Source: a virus
DNA: 64,000 nt
Strand: one strand, 5' to 3'
IMG/VR virus record: IMGVR_UViG_3300032308_001681
Span: 30,542-94,541 of that record
Below the pieces are notes generated by a model. It did not search any database. It was not told the DNA's origin and worked only from the letters and a program-made list of their open reading frames with translations. This document shows, piece by piece, positions 20,881-30,975 of the stretch. The position numbers and the translations under genes were made by a program. Each line of letters opens with the position of its first letter. Position 1 is the first letter of the stretch.

Positions 20881-21341
20881 TGTCTGCTTTGGATAAGTTT
20901 GAAGAAATGGGGCTGGTGTTTACCAAGCCTTCTTTAGAGCAAGTAACCCTGCCCCCAGACATCACCATGCTGAGCAGTGAGCAGCTGGCGGAGAAGTTTA
21001 CCGCGTTGACCGCATGGGCAGACTACATTGCCTCTCAACTGGCCGTGGCTCAAATTGAAGAGCGAGCTGCGCAGCGAGCCCTTGACTTTGAAGAGAACAA
21101 GCAACTCGTTACCAAGATGGGTTCCGCAGCTCGGGGCGAGCGCATCACCCTTGTCAAAGCACAGATTTCTGTTGATGATAAAATTGTTAGCCTGTCTCAA
21201 AAATACGAAGACAATTACGCATATCGCAAGTTGATGGAGATGCTTCTCAACAACCACGAAAGAGACCTGTCTTTAGTTTCTCGTGAGATTACTCGACGTG
21301 GCAGTGACCAACGTGCTTTGCGTAAGGACTGGGGAGTTTGA
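20880..21341 (+). CDS. helical protein, possibly UvsY-like recombination mediator
   Basis: Coiled-coil 153 aa in recombination cluster; function by context only. Confidence 0.4.
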   Translation: MSALDKFEEMGLVFTKPSLEQVTLPPDITMLSSEQLAEKFTALTAWADYIASQLAVAQIEERAAQRALDFEENKQLVTKMGSAARGERITLVKAQISVDDKIVSLSQKYEDNYAYRKLMEMLLNNHERDLSLVSREITRRGSDQRALRKDWGV

Positions 21342-21535
21342 TGGGTGACCGTAAACTTACAGACGCTTACTGGATGGAAATAGGCGCAAAAGCAGAGCGC
21401 GCAAAGATACTTGCAAGTCTGCACCAACTGCTGTCAGACGAAGTCAAAGATGTAGCAGGAGACATGGACCGCGCACGCGGTATTGAAATGGCGATTGAAC
21501 TGATTAATGGCAAAACGCCCAAAACATATACATGA
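21338..21535 (+). CDS. small protein, G-x3-ER family
   Basis: 'GAKAERAKILASL'. Confidence 0.6.
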   Translation: MMGDRKLTDAYWMEIGAKAERAKILASLHQLLSDEVKDVAGDMDRARGIEMAIELINGKTPKTYT

Positions 21536-21630
21536 ATTTGAAGCGTGGGCTTGGTGGATAACCATACTTATCGTGGTTATCGTTTCACCAATAGCTGTAA
21601 TTATTTTATTAAACCTTTAGGAGAACTCAA

Positions 21631-21834
21631 ATGAAGGAGAAAAGCCCTCTTCGCCAGCACGACATCCGAACTGGCGCAAAGCAAGAGCGGGAACGCATCC
21701 TTGCGCTACTAGAAGCCGAGGTGTGGGATGCACCCGAGATTGCTGACCCATACGTGCGACACATTATTGGGCTTATCACTGGAGAAAATAAGGTAAAAGA
21801 AATAAACGATTTGTTAGGAATCATAGGCAAATGA
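21631..21834 (+). CDS. small protein, G-x3-ERERI family
   Basis: SD AGGAG; 'GAKQERERILALLE'. Confidence 0.65.
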   Translation: MKEKSPLRQHDIRTGAKQERERILALLEAEVWDAPEIADPYVRHIIGLITGENKVKEINDLLGIIGK

Positions 21835-22034
21835 CTGCTCGCAAGTACTTTCTTATTGCCGACAAAGCACTGGAGTTGCGTTTCGACGGGTGGACTAAAT
21901 CTCAACGGTTGTCGTACTTTTTAGGGTTTATATCTGCCGAAATAGGAGACGCTCAATTCTCAGTAATTGTAGATAGGTTAATCCAAAAACAAGGTAGACA
22001 ATTGGCAGAGTTTGCAGAAGAAGGAAACAAATGA
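21831..22034 (+). CDS. hypothetical protein
   Basis: ATGA overlaps at both ends. Confidence 0.6.
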   Translation: MTARKYFLIADKALELRFDGWTKSQRLSYFLGFISAEIGDAQFSVIVDRLIQKQGRQLAEFAEEGNK

Positions 22035-22618
22035 CTGCCGGTAGAGAAAAGCACTTTGGTCCCGGAGTATCCAAGACCAAGTTCATTGCCATCGGCATTG
22101 ACCAGTCACTTACCGGATTTGCCCTGTCAGCGGTCAGTTTAGACGACCCTAGCCATCACGACACATGGGTGTACAAGTCCCCGTACAACGGCGTACAGAG
22201 GCTGTACGACATATCCCAGTGGATGCGTGGAAAGTTCATGCTGATGTCTGGCCACAAGATTGTAGACGTTGCCATGGAGGGTACGGTTCTGGCGTCTCAG
22301 TCCGCGTTGGTGCTTGGTGAGCTGTCTGCTGTTGTCAAACTGACACTGTGGGTAATGCACGGAAATCAGCCAGAACTACGTACACCATTGCAGATTCCGC
22401 CCATGACACTAAAGAAGTACGCGTCAGGTAAGGGCACCTCCAAGAAGCAAGAGATGCTACTTCAGATTTACAAGCGGTGGGGCATCGAGTTTAACGACGA
22501 CAACGCGGCCGATGCGTACGCCCTCGCCAGATTGGCTGGAAGCGTGCACATTGACGCCATAGAAAAGGCGATTGTCGAACAAGTTTCTGACCCAAAGTAT
22601 AGGGACCAAATACAGTAG
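22031..22618 (+). CDS. ruvC: RuvC-like Holliday junction resolvase
   Basis: 'IGIDQSLTGF', 'VAMEG', 'LKKYASGKG..KK', 'DNAADA'. Confidence 0.85.
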   Translation: MTAGREKHFGPGVSKTKFIAIGIDQSLTGFALSAVSLDDPSHHDTWVYKSPYNGVQRLYDISQWMRGKFMLMSGHKIVDVAMEGTVLASQSALVLGELSAVVKLTLWVMHGNQPELRTPLQIPPMTLKKYASGKGTSKKQEMLLQIYKRWGIEFNDDNAADAYALARLAGSVHIDAIEKAIVEQVSDPKYRDQIQ

Positions 22619-22674
22619 GACTTCTGTACCCTGAGTATGAGGACGGGCATCGCTAATATTAAGGAACACTACCC

Positions 22675-22968
22675 GTGTCAGAAGACATCGTTATTAATTC
22701 GTCAGAAGAGCCGTTTCTCCGAGTGAGTGCAGGCTCCAATCCCCAAAACGTGGCATCAGCAATCGCTCACGCAATCTACGACACTCACGCCGTAAAGGTT
22801 AGGGCCGTAGGTGCAGGCGCTGTAAATCAGGCTGTTAAGGCCATCGCCATTGCTCGCGGGTACGTAGCCCCTCGTGGCCTAGACCTCACGTGTAAGCCGG
22901 GGTTTGCAACAATCTCGTCTCGAGATGGCGATATTTCTGCAATTGTTTTTGCCGTTACAGCGAGTTAA
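22675..22968 (+). CDS. spoVS: SpoVS-family protein
   Basis: 'RVSAGSNP..VA.AIA...RAVGAGAVNQAVKAIAIARGYVAP.G.DL.C.PGF'. Confidence 0.85.
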   Translation: MSEDIVINSSEEPFLRVSAGSNPQNVASAIAHAIYDTHAVKVRAVGAGAVNQAVKAIAIARGYVAPRGLDLTCKPGFATISSRDGDISAIVFAVTAS

Positions 22969-23006
22969 ATAACCTCTACTCTTGATATAAGAGCTAAGGA
23001 GTTCTC

Positions 23007-23420
23007 ATGGCAAATTGGTCCGACATGGGTCACGGTATGCGCCGCCGCATGAGTGCGCCATCAAACCACCACGAATCGGCAGGTCACGAAATGGCAGAAC
23101 GTAATCACATGACCTCTGACGAGGCAATGGAGCAGTCCGCATACATGGGCAGCGCTCGCGTCCCCGTTGGAGCCACGCCCGAGTTTCAGGGCACTATGAT
23201 GCCCCGGAACAACACGCAGGCCGCTGACCCATCAGACCCCGGTTCAAAGCAGAACCGCGTAAACATTGAGCGCCTTGGTGCTACCTATCGCGTTACTGCA
23301 AAGATGGGCGTATCCATTGACCCTGCTGCAGGTGCCACGATGGCTTCTGCTCGCATTGTCCCCTCGATTCAGGGCCGCGTTAACCCGAACTTCGATTCGG
23401 GTATGCAACAGAGCTACTAA
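23007..23420 (+). CDS. hypothetical protein
   Basis: SD AAGGAG, 137 aa. Confidence 0.7.
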   Translation: MANWSDMGHGMRRRMSAPSNHHESAGHEMAERNHMTSDEAMEQSAYMGSARVPVGATPEFQGTMMPRNNTQAADPSDPGSKQNRVNIERLGATYRVTAKMGVSIDPAAGATMASARIVPSIQGRVNPNFDSGMQQSY

Positions 23421-23431
23421 GGGGCAAAGCC

Positions 23432-23725
23432 ATGTCAGTAGGCAACTTGTCTTCTGCTGCGTTTGGTGCTGGGAAGTACTTGGGGACAGCCGGTCCTCCA
23501 AGCAACTACGGCATTAAAGGCATGCACGAAAACAACTTTGATGACCGTGCGGCTAAAGATGCCACGTCGTTTGCCTCTCACTCCTCAGCCACCAACACGT
23601 CAATGGGTTCCATGACTGCGTGGAAAGCCCGTAATCCAAGCCACGTTGTCGGTCAGGGCGCTTGGAACAAGGGTTGGAGCGTTTCGTTTGACAACCCCGC
23701 GGCCACACCGCGTCCGCCGGTATAA
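23432..23725 (+). CDS. hypothetical protein
   Basis: Tightly packed ORF. Confidence 0.6.
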   Translation: MSVGNLSSAAFGAGKYLGTAGPPSNYGIKGMHENNFDDRAAKDATSFASHSSATNTSMGSMTAWKARNPSHVVGQGAWNKGWSVSFDNPAATPRPPV

Positions 23726-23727
23726 CG

Positions 23728-24519
23728 ATGGCCCGGAACGTTCGTGACCTTCAAGAAGGCGCCTCTGTAGGACGGGATGCCTCGGCTCCAAATGCAGCGC
23801 AGGGAGCCGCTGAGTACGCGCGACAGATAGGCTTGGTACGACCTAACCGGTTTGACAATGTTCTTGTTAACGAACCTCAAGCTCGACGCATTGCCCAAGA
23901 CTATCTTACCGCACCGGAATACGACCCGGCAGCCGAGCCACACTTCCGTGCAATGGCTGAAGAGACAAAACATCAATTTGACTACATGACTCGTCCCCGT
24001 AATCGCGGTGGAATGGGGATGTCGTTTGAAGTGTCTGCTACTGACCCGTACACCAAACCGTCTATTCACCCAGACTCTGAGTACGACGCACCGGACCCCG
24101 CGGCAATGATGCGGGACGTTTCGGAAAACAACCGTATTAAAGTGCTTTCTACCCGTACAACAGGTTCGCATCCGTATTTTACAGACGATGAGAATGACAT
24201 GTTTCGTGGTGTGCACGACGTGTTTGGGCACGCAGCAATAGGTAGAGGGTTTGACGCTCACGGTGAAGAGGCCGCTTTTCGAAGCCACTACGCTATGTAC
24301 GGACCATTGGCGCGTCAAGCCATGGCCGTTGAAACTCGTGGCCAGAATTCAACAAACAATTATGGTGGATTGACCCGAGGTGCGTATGCCCCAAACAAAG
24401 TGATAACATTGCCTTCAACGCAATTAATCACTCCGATTGGTCGTCGTACTGTTTTTGAAACAGCATTTGCGCAGGCCAAGCGGGCACACGAGAGGGCATT
24501 TGGACCAGTAAATGAATAA
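23728..24519 (+). CDS. zincin-like protein (HDxxGH...EE motif)
   Basis: 'ENDMFRGVHDVFGHA...GEEAAF.SH'. Confidence 0.55.
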   Translation: MARNVRDLQEGASVGRDASAPNAAQGAAEYARQIGLVRPNRFDNVLVNEPQARRIAQDYLTAPEYDPAAEPHFRAMAEETKHQFDYMTRPRNRGGMGMSFEVSATDPYTKPSIHPDSEYDAPDPAAMMRDVSENNRIKVLSTRTTGSHPYFTDDENDMFRGVHDVFGHAAIGRGFDAHGEEAAFRSHYAMYGPLARQAMAVETRGQNSTNNYGGLTRGAYAPNKVITLPSTQLITPIGRRTVFETAFAQAKRAHERAFGPVNE

Positions 24520-24715
24520 GAAAACTGTAGGAGTAGACATTCCTACCGCAGAGTATATGCTTGACCTTCCTGAAGGAACGCGGATTCTTTCTGCCTCGGT
24601 TTCCGGAGGAAAGCTCATGCTTACGTTGGATACAGTGCATGACTTTCCAGATGGAAGTACGTTGGTTTACCAGCGAGATGACTACGGTAACACGGCATTG
24701 ATTGGCGCTAACTAA
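24512..24715 (+). CDS. hypothetical protein
   Basis: Coupled ORF. Confidence 0.55.
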   Translation: MNKKTVGVDIPTAEYMLDLPEGTRILSASVSGGKLMLTLDTVHDFPDGSTLVYQRDDYGNTALIGAN

Positions 24716-24763
24716 CCGCCAGTTTACTGGGATATTACATGTTCTATACGGGAACATGGATAT

Positions 24764-25243
24764 ATGACCCGCCTTTCTGCCGCAATCTGGGACAAGGCAC
24801 TCTCAGACTCAGATAAACAAACAAAGTTTTTGGGCAACCCCGTTATCAGCGCCGTTGCGTTTGGTGCTGCCATTCGCAATACCGGCGGAGCTTCAATCAA
24901 TCTGAAGACAAACGAGTTCCTTAAAAAGAATGAGCCTGTGTACATGGTTGGTGGCGAAGAGGGTGTAGCCCCAGCAGAGTTGCCCCCTATCGCAGGTTCA
25001 AATGAACCTCCTTTGAGCGATATTGTTAACCAGTTGCATCGAGTAAAGACTTCTGTTGGAAACTCCGGAGAGGTTTACCTTGGAGCATGGAATAACGAAA
25101 GAGGAAACGTAGTCTTCGACGCTTCTCGTAAATACGAGGATATGGGTCAAGCTATGGGGGTTGCCCGTACTCGTCGTGAAGACGCTATTTATGATGTAAA
25201 AAACGAACGTGATATTCCCGTAGATTACTCGAAGGACAGCTAA
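24764..25243 (+). CDS. hypothetical protein
   Basis: 'YLGAW...VFDAS...A...R.E.AIYD' phage-type motif. Confidence 0.65.
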   Translation: MTRLSAAIWDKALSDSDKQTKFLGNPVISAVAFGAAIRNTGGASINLKTNEFLKKNEPVYMVGGEEGVAPAELPPIAGSNEPPLSDIVNQLHRVKTSVGNSGEVYLGAWNNERGNVVFDASRKYEDMGQAMGVARTRREDAIYDVKNERDIPVDYSKDS

Positions 25244-25776
25244 TGGCCGGTGGATTTAATAACATGTCCCCGTCCCAAAACTGGCAGTCAATCGGTGCCG
25301 GGGGACTGAACGGGTACAACAACCAAGGTGGCTCTGGTACGCCGATTGCGCGTTCAGACCTAGACGCCGTTCGCATTGGTACCGGCCGCGTTCCCTCGGC
25401 CGAATACCCCGACGGTTATCTTGGCACCATCCGCTCGCGCCGTGATGACCGCATTCTTGACAGCATTAAAAACCGTGTCAACCAAAAGTCGTACCAACGT
25501 GGTGTACACAAGGGTGAGCGGATTGAACCCTCGTCATACTTTTGGGCACCAGAGTTTGGTGCAGAGGACGGAATCCGTCGCCAAATGAAGGCAAAACCTG
25601 TTCGGGTTAATGGCGTCATGTCTTACCAGATTCCTCGATTTACGCAAGATATTCGACTTACTCCTGCACCGCACCTTGTTAACGACGGAAAAGCCAACAC
25701 GCGAGCCGGAGAACCGGGAACAATCAACGTCCGCCGCGCGGATATGCTGAACTATCTCAAACCGGTTTGGAGATAA
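25243..25776 (+). CDS. hypothetical protein
   Basis: 177-aa coupled ORF. Confidence 0.7.
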   Translation: MAGGFNNMSPSQNWQSIGAGGLNGYNNQGGSGTPIARSDLDAVRIGTGRVPSAEYPDGYLGTIRSRRDDRILDSIKNRVNQKSYQRGVHKGERIEPSSYFWAPEFGAEDGIRRQMKAKPVRVNGVMSYQIPRFTQDIRLTPAPHLVNDGKANTRAGEPGTINVRRADMLNYLKPVWR

Positions 25777-25777
25777 C

Positions 25778-26710
25778 ATGGCCGAGCGGTTTGTTGCGGG
25801 TCGTCAGAAGAACAGCGCTGTGTTACGTATCTCTAACGGAGATATTAGCCAACAGGTTTTGCATAACGCTGGAATTGAAGCAGTTAATTTTGGGAATACC
25901 AGCACGACTAACACCATTCCCCCTAAGCAAGCTGGGCTGTACTTGCTACCCCATGGACGTAGGACTCTAGACCTAAGCCGTCAGTTTGACACCATGATAG
26001 GGAATACAAACGCGCTCATGGATTACGCTTCTTCTCGGGGAAAAACCCGGGAGTGGAGCCAGTTTTATGTGCATGCCCATGATTACGCTCACGAGTTGTC
26101 TCACCGTTACCGCATCTCTCACGAACAGGCTTCGGGAATCATCGCCTCGATGTCTGGTGGTGGTGGTGAATGGGAAAAGAATAAGGCAAATGCAGAGAAG
26201 TTTTTGTCTGCTTACGAAGCAGGGGTTGTTATCAAGCCGTCTCAGCTTAAGGGTGTAGAACGCAGCCGAATTGCAAACGCTCACAGGATTTTGGCTGGTG
26301 AAGACCCTCAAGAAGTTCTTGGAGACTTGAAGGAGGGTAACTTCATGCGAAGCATCCATAACCCTTCTGGTGATTCAATTACTGTAGATACCCACATGCA
26401 CCACGGAATGACCGGTTGGGTGCGTCCGTGGAAGGTTGAGAACAACCCATCCCTTGGGCGAGTCAATACAGGGGGTGGAGGTGCCCCCGGACTTCAGCAT
26501 AAAAATGTATACCACTTTATGGCAGAGGCTGTACGAAACGTAGCAAACGAACACGGCCTTAACCCTAATGAAGCCCAGTCCACCATTTGGTACGCAAAGA
26601 AGACATTGACTAACAATGTTTTAGGCTCACCTCCGCCACACCACCCCAACTTTGAAAGCTATTACCCCAAAGTCCGTCCCGGAGTTCGCTATAGAAAGCC
26701 GACACAGTGA
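25778..26710 (+). CDS. HhH-GPD/DNA-glycosylase-like fold protein (putative)
   Basis: 'FY..AH..A...Q.SGIIASMS...W..N...K..NF...ITVDTH...Y...Q.TIW' pattern. Confidence 0.45.
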   Translation: MAERFVAGRQKNSAVLRISNGDISQQVLHNAGIEAVNFGNTSTTNTIPPKQAGLYLLPHGRRTLDLSRQFDTMIGNTNALMDYASSRGKTREWSQFYVHAHDYAHELSHRYRISHEQASGIIASMSGGGGEWEKNKANAEKFLSAYEAGVVIKPSQLKGVERSRIANAHRILAGEDPQEVLGDLKEGNFMRSIHNPSGDSITVDTHMHHGMTGWVRPWKVENNPSLGRVNTGGGGAPGLQHKNVYHFMAEAVRNVANEHGLNPNEAQSTIWYAKKTLTNNVLGSPPPHHPNFESYYPKVRPGVRYRKPTQ

Positions 26711-27099
26711 CGACTAGATTCGATGGAAACTACGACCAGACTAAGCCGTGGGCAGGTCCGGGCGATAGTGGTGCAAACGCCACTAATCGTTATGCCCCAA
26801 CTTCGGCAGAAAAGTCTTGGTCGTACCTTGGCCCTTGGGCATCCAACGAAGAACGGCTAACTCAGCAGGCTTTGGTGGTTGCAACCCTACCGGGAATTAC
26901 CATTCAAGACATTGTTCGACCTAATCTGCCCCAGTTGCGATTGTTTCCCGACCGTTTTGGATACGGGCCCCGTACTCAACCCGACATTGAAGACGTTGTA
27001 AGTATCGACCGTGTGTACACCGAGCCTCGCGTATCATGGTACTCGGGGGGCGTTGGAAGCTACTCCGGTTCTTCCCGCAACAGTTTGGAAGGAAACTAA
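26707..27099 (+). CDS. hypothetical protein
   Basis: GTGA overlap. Confidence 0.65.
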   Translation: MTTRFDGNYDQTKPWAGPGDSGANATNRYAPTSAEKSWSYLGPWASNEERLTQQALVVATLPGITIQDIVRPNLPQLRLFPDRFGYGPRTQPDIEDVVSIDRVYTEPRVSWYSGGVGSYSGSSRNSLEGN

Positions 27100-27299
27100 T
27101 GGACGACGGCGACGGCGCGTACACTATGGAGTTGCAGGCTCGTACAATTGCGCAAAATGCAATGGTTTACAGGGGGTCTGCACCCTGCCCGCAGTGCGGT
27201 GTAGTTATGAACCCTGTGGAGTACATGTACAGCAAGGGATTGTGTACGGTTTGTCACGCTGACCGTATGGCCATGCGGGTTCGGAAACGATTGGCCTGA
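27099..27299 (+). CDS. small zinc-binding protein
   Basis: CPQC...CTVC; TAATG coupling. Confidence 0.65.
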   Translation: MDDGDGAYTMELQARTIAQNAMVYRGSAPCPQCGVVMNPVEYMYSKGLCTVCHADRMAMRVRKRLA

Positions 27300-27676
27300 T
27301 GGAAAAGACTCCGAAACCACCCCTGACTGGTGAGCCTGCCTCGGCACAAACTCAGGAAGAGATTACAACGACCGTACGGTCTGGCAGAGCAGCTGCTCGC
27401 TCTGGCGCAATGACCCCCGCTGAACGTGCCCTAAAAGACCAGACTTTTTTAGGACGTCAATTTCGTAAGACTGTTGCTAAAAACCCAAATGCAATTGAAG
27501 AAGTTCCGGACAAGTACGAGATTCAAGTAAATAAAGAAGACAAGGGTTGGAAAACCGTTAAGGTACACAACAATGAACGCGCCGCGGCGGCACACTACCG
27601 TCGAACTCAAGTTGGTCCGAAAATTTCAAAGAGGATTCTTGTAAACGGCAAAGTTGTTCACGTAGAAAAGGGTTAA
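27299..27676 (+). CDS. hypothetical protein
   Basis: TGATG coupling. Confidence 0.65.
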   Translation: MEKTPKPPLTGEPASAQTQEEITTTVRSGRAAARSGAMTPAERALKDQTFLGRQFRKTVAKNPNAIEEVPDKYEIQVNKEDKGWKTVKVHNNERAAAAHYRRTQVGPKISKRILVNGKVVHVEKG

Positions 27677-27678
27677 GC

Positions 27679-28266
27679 ATGCCATCATCAGACGCTCGAA
27701 AGGCACGTCGTGCCGCCAGTCCACAGGCTGGGCTTCCTAAAGCCACGCCTACAATTGGCGCTGACATCGGAGACACTGATGTCACTCGACGCAAAGTTGT
27801 TGCTACGCAGACCAGTGACCCAGAAAACCCAACAACGTACACGCCTGTTCAGGAAGAAAGTTCTGACCAGCTGTACTACGCAACTCCCGGCGCATCGCCA
27901 GAGGCGGTTACCCTTAGCACGCCTAACCTGCCTCCTCACCACACCGTTATGTCAAACTTAATTAGCGCACTGCATTCCGCAAATTCTGCTCTTGTTTCAG
28001 ACGAGTCTGAGCGTAACGGTGTAGAGACTGCTTTGAATAGGTCACTAGAGCACTTGCACGAATCCGCACGGTTCCACGTAAATGGGCAACGCAATGAGGC
28101 TATTCCGGGAATGGTTGCTGCGGGGGTTGGTGTACGTGCAGCTATACGTACAATACAGAAGGGTGCCGCCGATACTCGCCGTCGTGGTCACCTCGAACGA
28201 GGGTTCCCAACTCCACCCACCAAAATCTTAGACAGCACAATCAAGGCTTACCTAGAAAGCGACTAA
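27679..28266 (+). CDS. hypothetical protein
   Basis: 195-aa ORF. Confidence 0.65.
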   Translation: MPSSDARKARRAASPQAGLPKATPTIGADIGDTDVTRRKVVATQTSDPENPTTYTPVQEESSDQLYYATPGASPEAVTLSTPNLPPHHTVMSNLISALHSANSALVSDESERNGVETALNRSLEHLHESARFHVNGQRNEAIPGMVAAGVGVRAAIRTIQKGAADTRRRGHLERGFPTPPTKILDSTIKAYLESD

Positions 28267-28330
28267 CACGCTAAGCGTGCGCAACTACCTACCAACTGCA
28301 ATACTAGAAGTATCGTTTTAGGAGAAAACA

Positions 28331-28537
28331 ATGGCAGTCAACACCTCTCGCTCAATGAATCAGGGCCTCAATGAGGGCGCCACCGACGGTAAGTACCGCA
28401 AGGCTCGCCCCGACACCGAGGTAATCCCCGGAGTTAGTTCAGAAGAAACCCTCGACAACAAGCAGACCCTCCACCCTTTCTACGGCTACGGGTTTGCCAC
28501 TTCTGAGTACCCAAATCCTGTAATTCCCGGCAAGTAA
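28331..28537 (+). CDS. hypothetical protein
   Basis: SD AGGAG. Confidence 0.7.
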   Translation: MAVNTSRSMNQGLNEGATDGKYRKARPDTEVIPGVSSEETLDNKQTLHPFYGYGFATSEYPNPVIPGK

Positions 28538-28610
28538 GGTACTTGCGCTCCCGCGTCTAAGGCGGTAGTCTTTCTTTACTGGCTTCGGCTAGCTAAGAAA
28601 GAGGGAAAAC

Positions 28611-29171
28611 ATGCACGTTCCAAATTGCTATTTATGCAATCGCCAAGACGGCTTACAGTTTATTGGCACAATACTAGACGCTGGAACCACCAACACTCGA
28701 GGGCAAGGCTACACGTATATGTTGGGAGCCCAAAATGGGATGGCGTTTACGGCGTACAACTCCACAAACGTTTCGGGACTTGCCCAACGGTTTGCTCACC
28801 CCGCAGTCCCCGGTAATCCAACTCCATGGAAGCTGCTTGGGTGGTGGCTGGTCATACTCTTTGTTTGGATTTTTGTAGAAGCCATTCCATTTTCTGACTC
28901 TTGGGTAACCGGCTTAATTACAGTATTCCCTTCAGCGTTTTTTGTCTCGGGGATACTGGCTTTTGGACTAACCCTGCTGATAGGGTACCTTGGCCGAAAA
29001 ACAAGCCGTGCCAAACGGTGGCTGTATGCAGTGAATACTCTGCGTAATTCACTATACTGTTCATGGTGTGACGTTGCTTTCAGCCGAGATGCTGTGGCCA
29101 TTCCTGAAGAGTTTGTTCAGCATGTGTTTTACAACAACGTACCCTACGAATACCACGAAATTGCTCGCTAA
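28611..29171 (+). CDS. membrane protein with flanking CxxC motifs
   Basis: Two TM segments; CYLC and CSWC. Confidence 0.65.
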   Translation: MHVPNCYLCNRQDGLQFIGTILDAGTTNTRGQGYTYMLGAQNGMAFTAYNSTNVSGLAQRFAHPAVPGNPTPWKLLGWWLVILFVWIFVEAIPFSDSWVTGLITVFPSAFFVSGILAFGLTLLIGYLGRKTSRAKRWLYAVNTLRNSLYCSWCDVAFSRDAVAIPEEFVQHVFYNNVPYEYHEIAR

Positions 29172-29185
29172 CAAAAGGACAACAA

Positions 29186-29749
29186 ATGGCGGACGCACCC
29201 CTTATCGGTAAACGCGAGTTTGAGCACGATGGGCCAGTTATTCGGTTGTTGATGTGTTTTGTATGCAACTCTATTGAGGAACTTCCGTCGTACAACGGTC
29301 CAAGCGACCAAGACTACTTGCTACAAATTTCTGTTGAGAAGCACGTATTCCCGTCAGGAGAGCCGCACAAGGGTAAGCTCTTTCTTCTTCCGGTAAAAAC
29401 ATGGGCAAATGAAAGCTCTCGTAAGGAAATCATCCAGCAACTGCGTGGAGGGGCTTCTGCCGGTCTTGATGCGCTTTCCCCCGAGGGAAACTACTACGCC
29501 ACCAAGAGCCAGTTTGCCGAAGACGCCATGACGTGCTACGAACGGCATAACCGACCGCAAGTAGGCTGTCCTGATTATGGCACTCCCGAGAAGCGCCTGC
29601 TGCCAAACACGGCAAAAGAACGTGCTGACGTGGGTATTGAAAGCCCAGAGAACGCCCCCGGCCCAAAGATTTATCTGTGCAACTTCTGTCCTATGCACAG
29701 CATCGTAACCAGCAACAAGCGTATGGCGAAAGGGTTGTACAGTGCCTAA
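29186..29749 (+). CDS. Cys/His-rich hypothetical protein
   Basis: CFVC, CNFC; SD AAGGA. Confidence 0.7.
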   Translation: MADAPLIGKREFEHDGPVIRLLMCFVCNSIEELPSYNGPSDQDYLLQISVEKHVFPSGEPHKGKLFLLPVKTWANESSRKEIIQQLRGGASAGLDALSPEGNYYATKSQFAEDAMTCYERHNRPQVGCPDYGTPEKRLLPNTAKERADVGIESPENAPGPKIYLCNFCPMHSIVTSNKRMAKGLYSA

Positions 29750-30029
29750 TACTCGATTCCAGTTCACAGTGTCCATGAATGTAGATGGGTCTGCTTCTGT
29801 AGACCCCAACATTCCGGAAGGAAAAGAGTCAGAGATTGAACGAGAAGCAAACATCTTTGACATCATAGACGCCTCTCGCAAACTCGTCAGTGACCTTGAA
29901 CGTCAACTTATTATTGAGCGAGTTGAGCAGATGCTCTTTGCACTTGCCCCAAAACCAGTTGCTACTCCCGCGGACATGGTGAAGGACGCTTTGAACAAAC
30001 GAGGCATCGAGCCGTCAGAGACCGTCTAG
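29742..30029 (+). CDS. hypothetical protein
   Basis: Coupled ORF. Confidence 0.6.
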   Translation: MPNTRFQFTVSMNVDGSASVDPNIPEGKESEIEREANIFDIIDASRKLVSDLERQLIIERVEQMLFALAPKPVATPADMVKDALNKRGIEPSETV

Positions 30030-30073
30030 TATTAGCCCAGAGATAACGGGCGTACACCAAGTAGACTGGTTAC

Positions 30074-30961
30074 ATGTACGAAACGTCGTATTTTAGTAAG
30101 CCAGCAACTAGCCTTGACCCCACCCTCTTTGAGGGCCGAACGATAAAGTCGTGGGTTCGTCAAGGTATTTTGTCGTTGCTGTACGACTTTCTAAACAGGT
30201 ACTACCGACACCCAGAGTTGTGGGCACACGCATGGCTTGCCGGGTCGGGTGTGTCTTACCAATGGTCGGCCGCTCGCTCTCCCGGAGACTTAGATTGTCT
30301 AGTGGGGGTTGACTACATCCAGTTTCGTAAAGCAAACCCTGAGTTTGCAGGGCTTTCCGACACCGAGATTAGCCAGCAGATAAATGAAGGCTTTCGCTCT
30401 GACCTCCAGCCCGGTACAGAAGACTGGAATGGCTACGAGCTGACGTTTTACGTCAACCCCGGTGCAACAGACATCCGTACAATAAAGCCGTATGCTGCAT
30501 ACGACTTGACGTATAACGAGTGGACAGTCACACCTAACCCAATGGCCAGTGCTCCGGAAGATGCCGATTGGGAACACTCTGCCGAGTCGGATGCGACTAT
30601 GGCTAAACAAATAGGCCTTAGGTTTGCGCAGGCTACGCAAGACATCAAGTATTCTCAAAGCGATGCGCATCGACGCAACGCCGAAGCACGTTTACTGGCA
30701 GCGCTTCAACAGGGCAACGCATTGTTCGATGAGATTCACGCAAACAGAAACCTTGCTTTCTCTGGTAGCGGAGAAGGGTACTCGGATTTCAACAACTATC
30801 GCTGGCAGGCCGGAAAGCGTCTTGGTACTATACAAAAACTTAGGCAGATTAGAGAGTACAGCGACACTCTAAAAACAAAACAAGAGGCTTCTACTTATGG
30901 GGTAGAACTCCCCACCGCGGACACACTTATTCGACGCGCTGCTTTATACGGGAGAAACTAA
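30074..30961 (+). CDS. Pol-beta-superfamily nucleotidyltransferase
   Basis: 'LAGSGVSYQW....GDLDCLV' (GS...DxD) and distal 'ELTFYV'; leaderless TAGACT-N6-ATG. Confidence 0.7.
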   Translation: MYETSYFSKPATSLDPTLFEGRTIKSWVRQGILSLLYDFLNRYYRHPELWAHAWLAGSGVSYQWSAARSPGDLDCLVGVDYIQFRKANPEFAGLSDTEISQQINEGFRSDLQPGTEDWNGYELTFYVNPGATDIRTIKPYAAYDLTYNEWTVTPNPMASAPEDADWEHSAESDATMAKQIGLRFAQATQDIKYSQSDAHRRNAEARLLAALQQGNALFDEIHANRNLAFSGSGEGYSDFNNYRWQAGKRLGTIQKLRQIREYSDTLKTKQEASTYGVELPTADTLIRRAALYGRN

Positions 30962-30975
30962 CTTCGGAGAACTAA

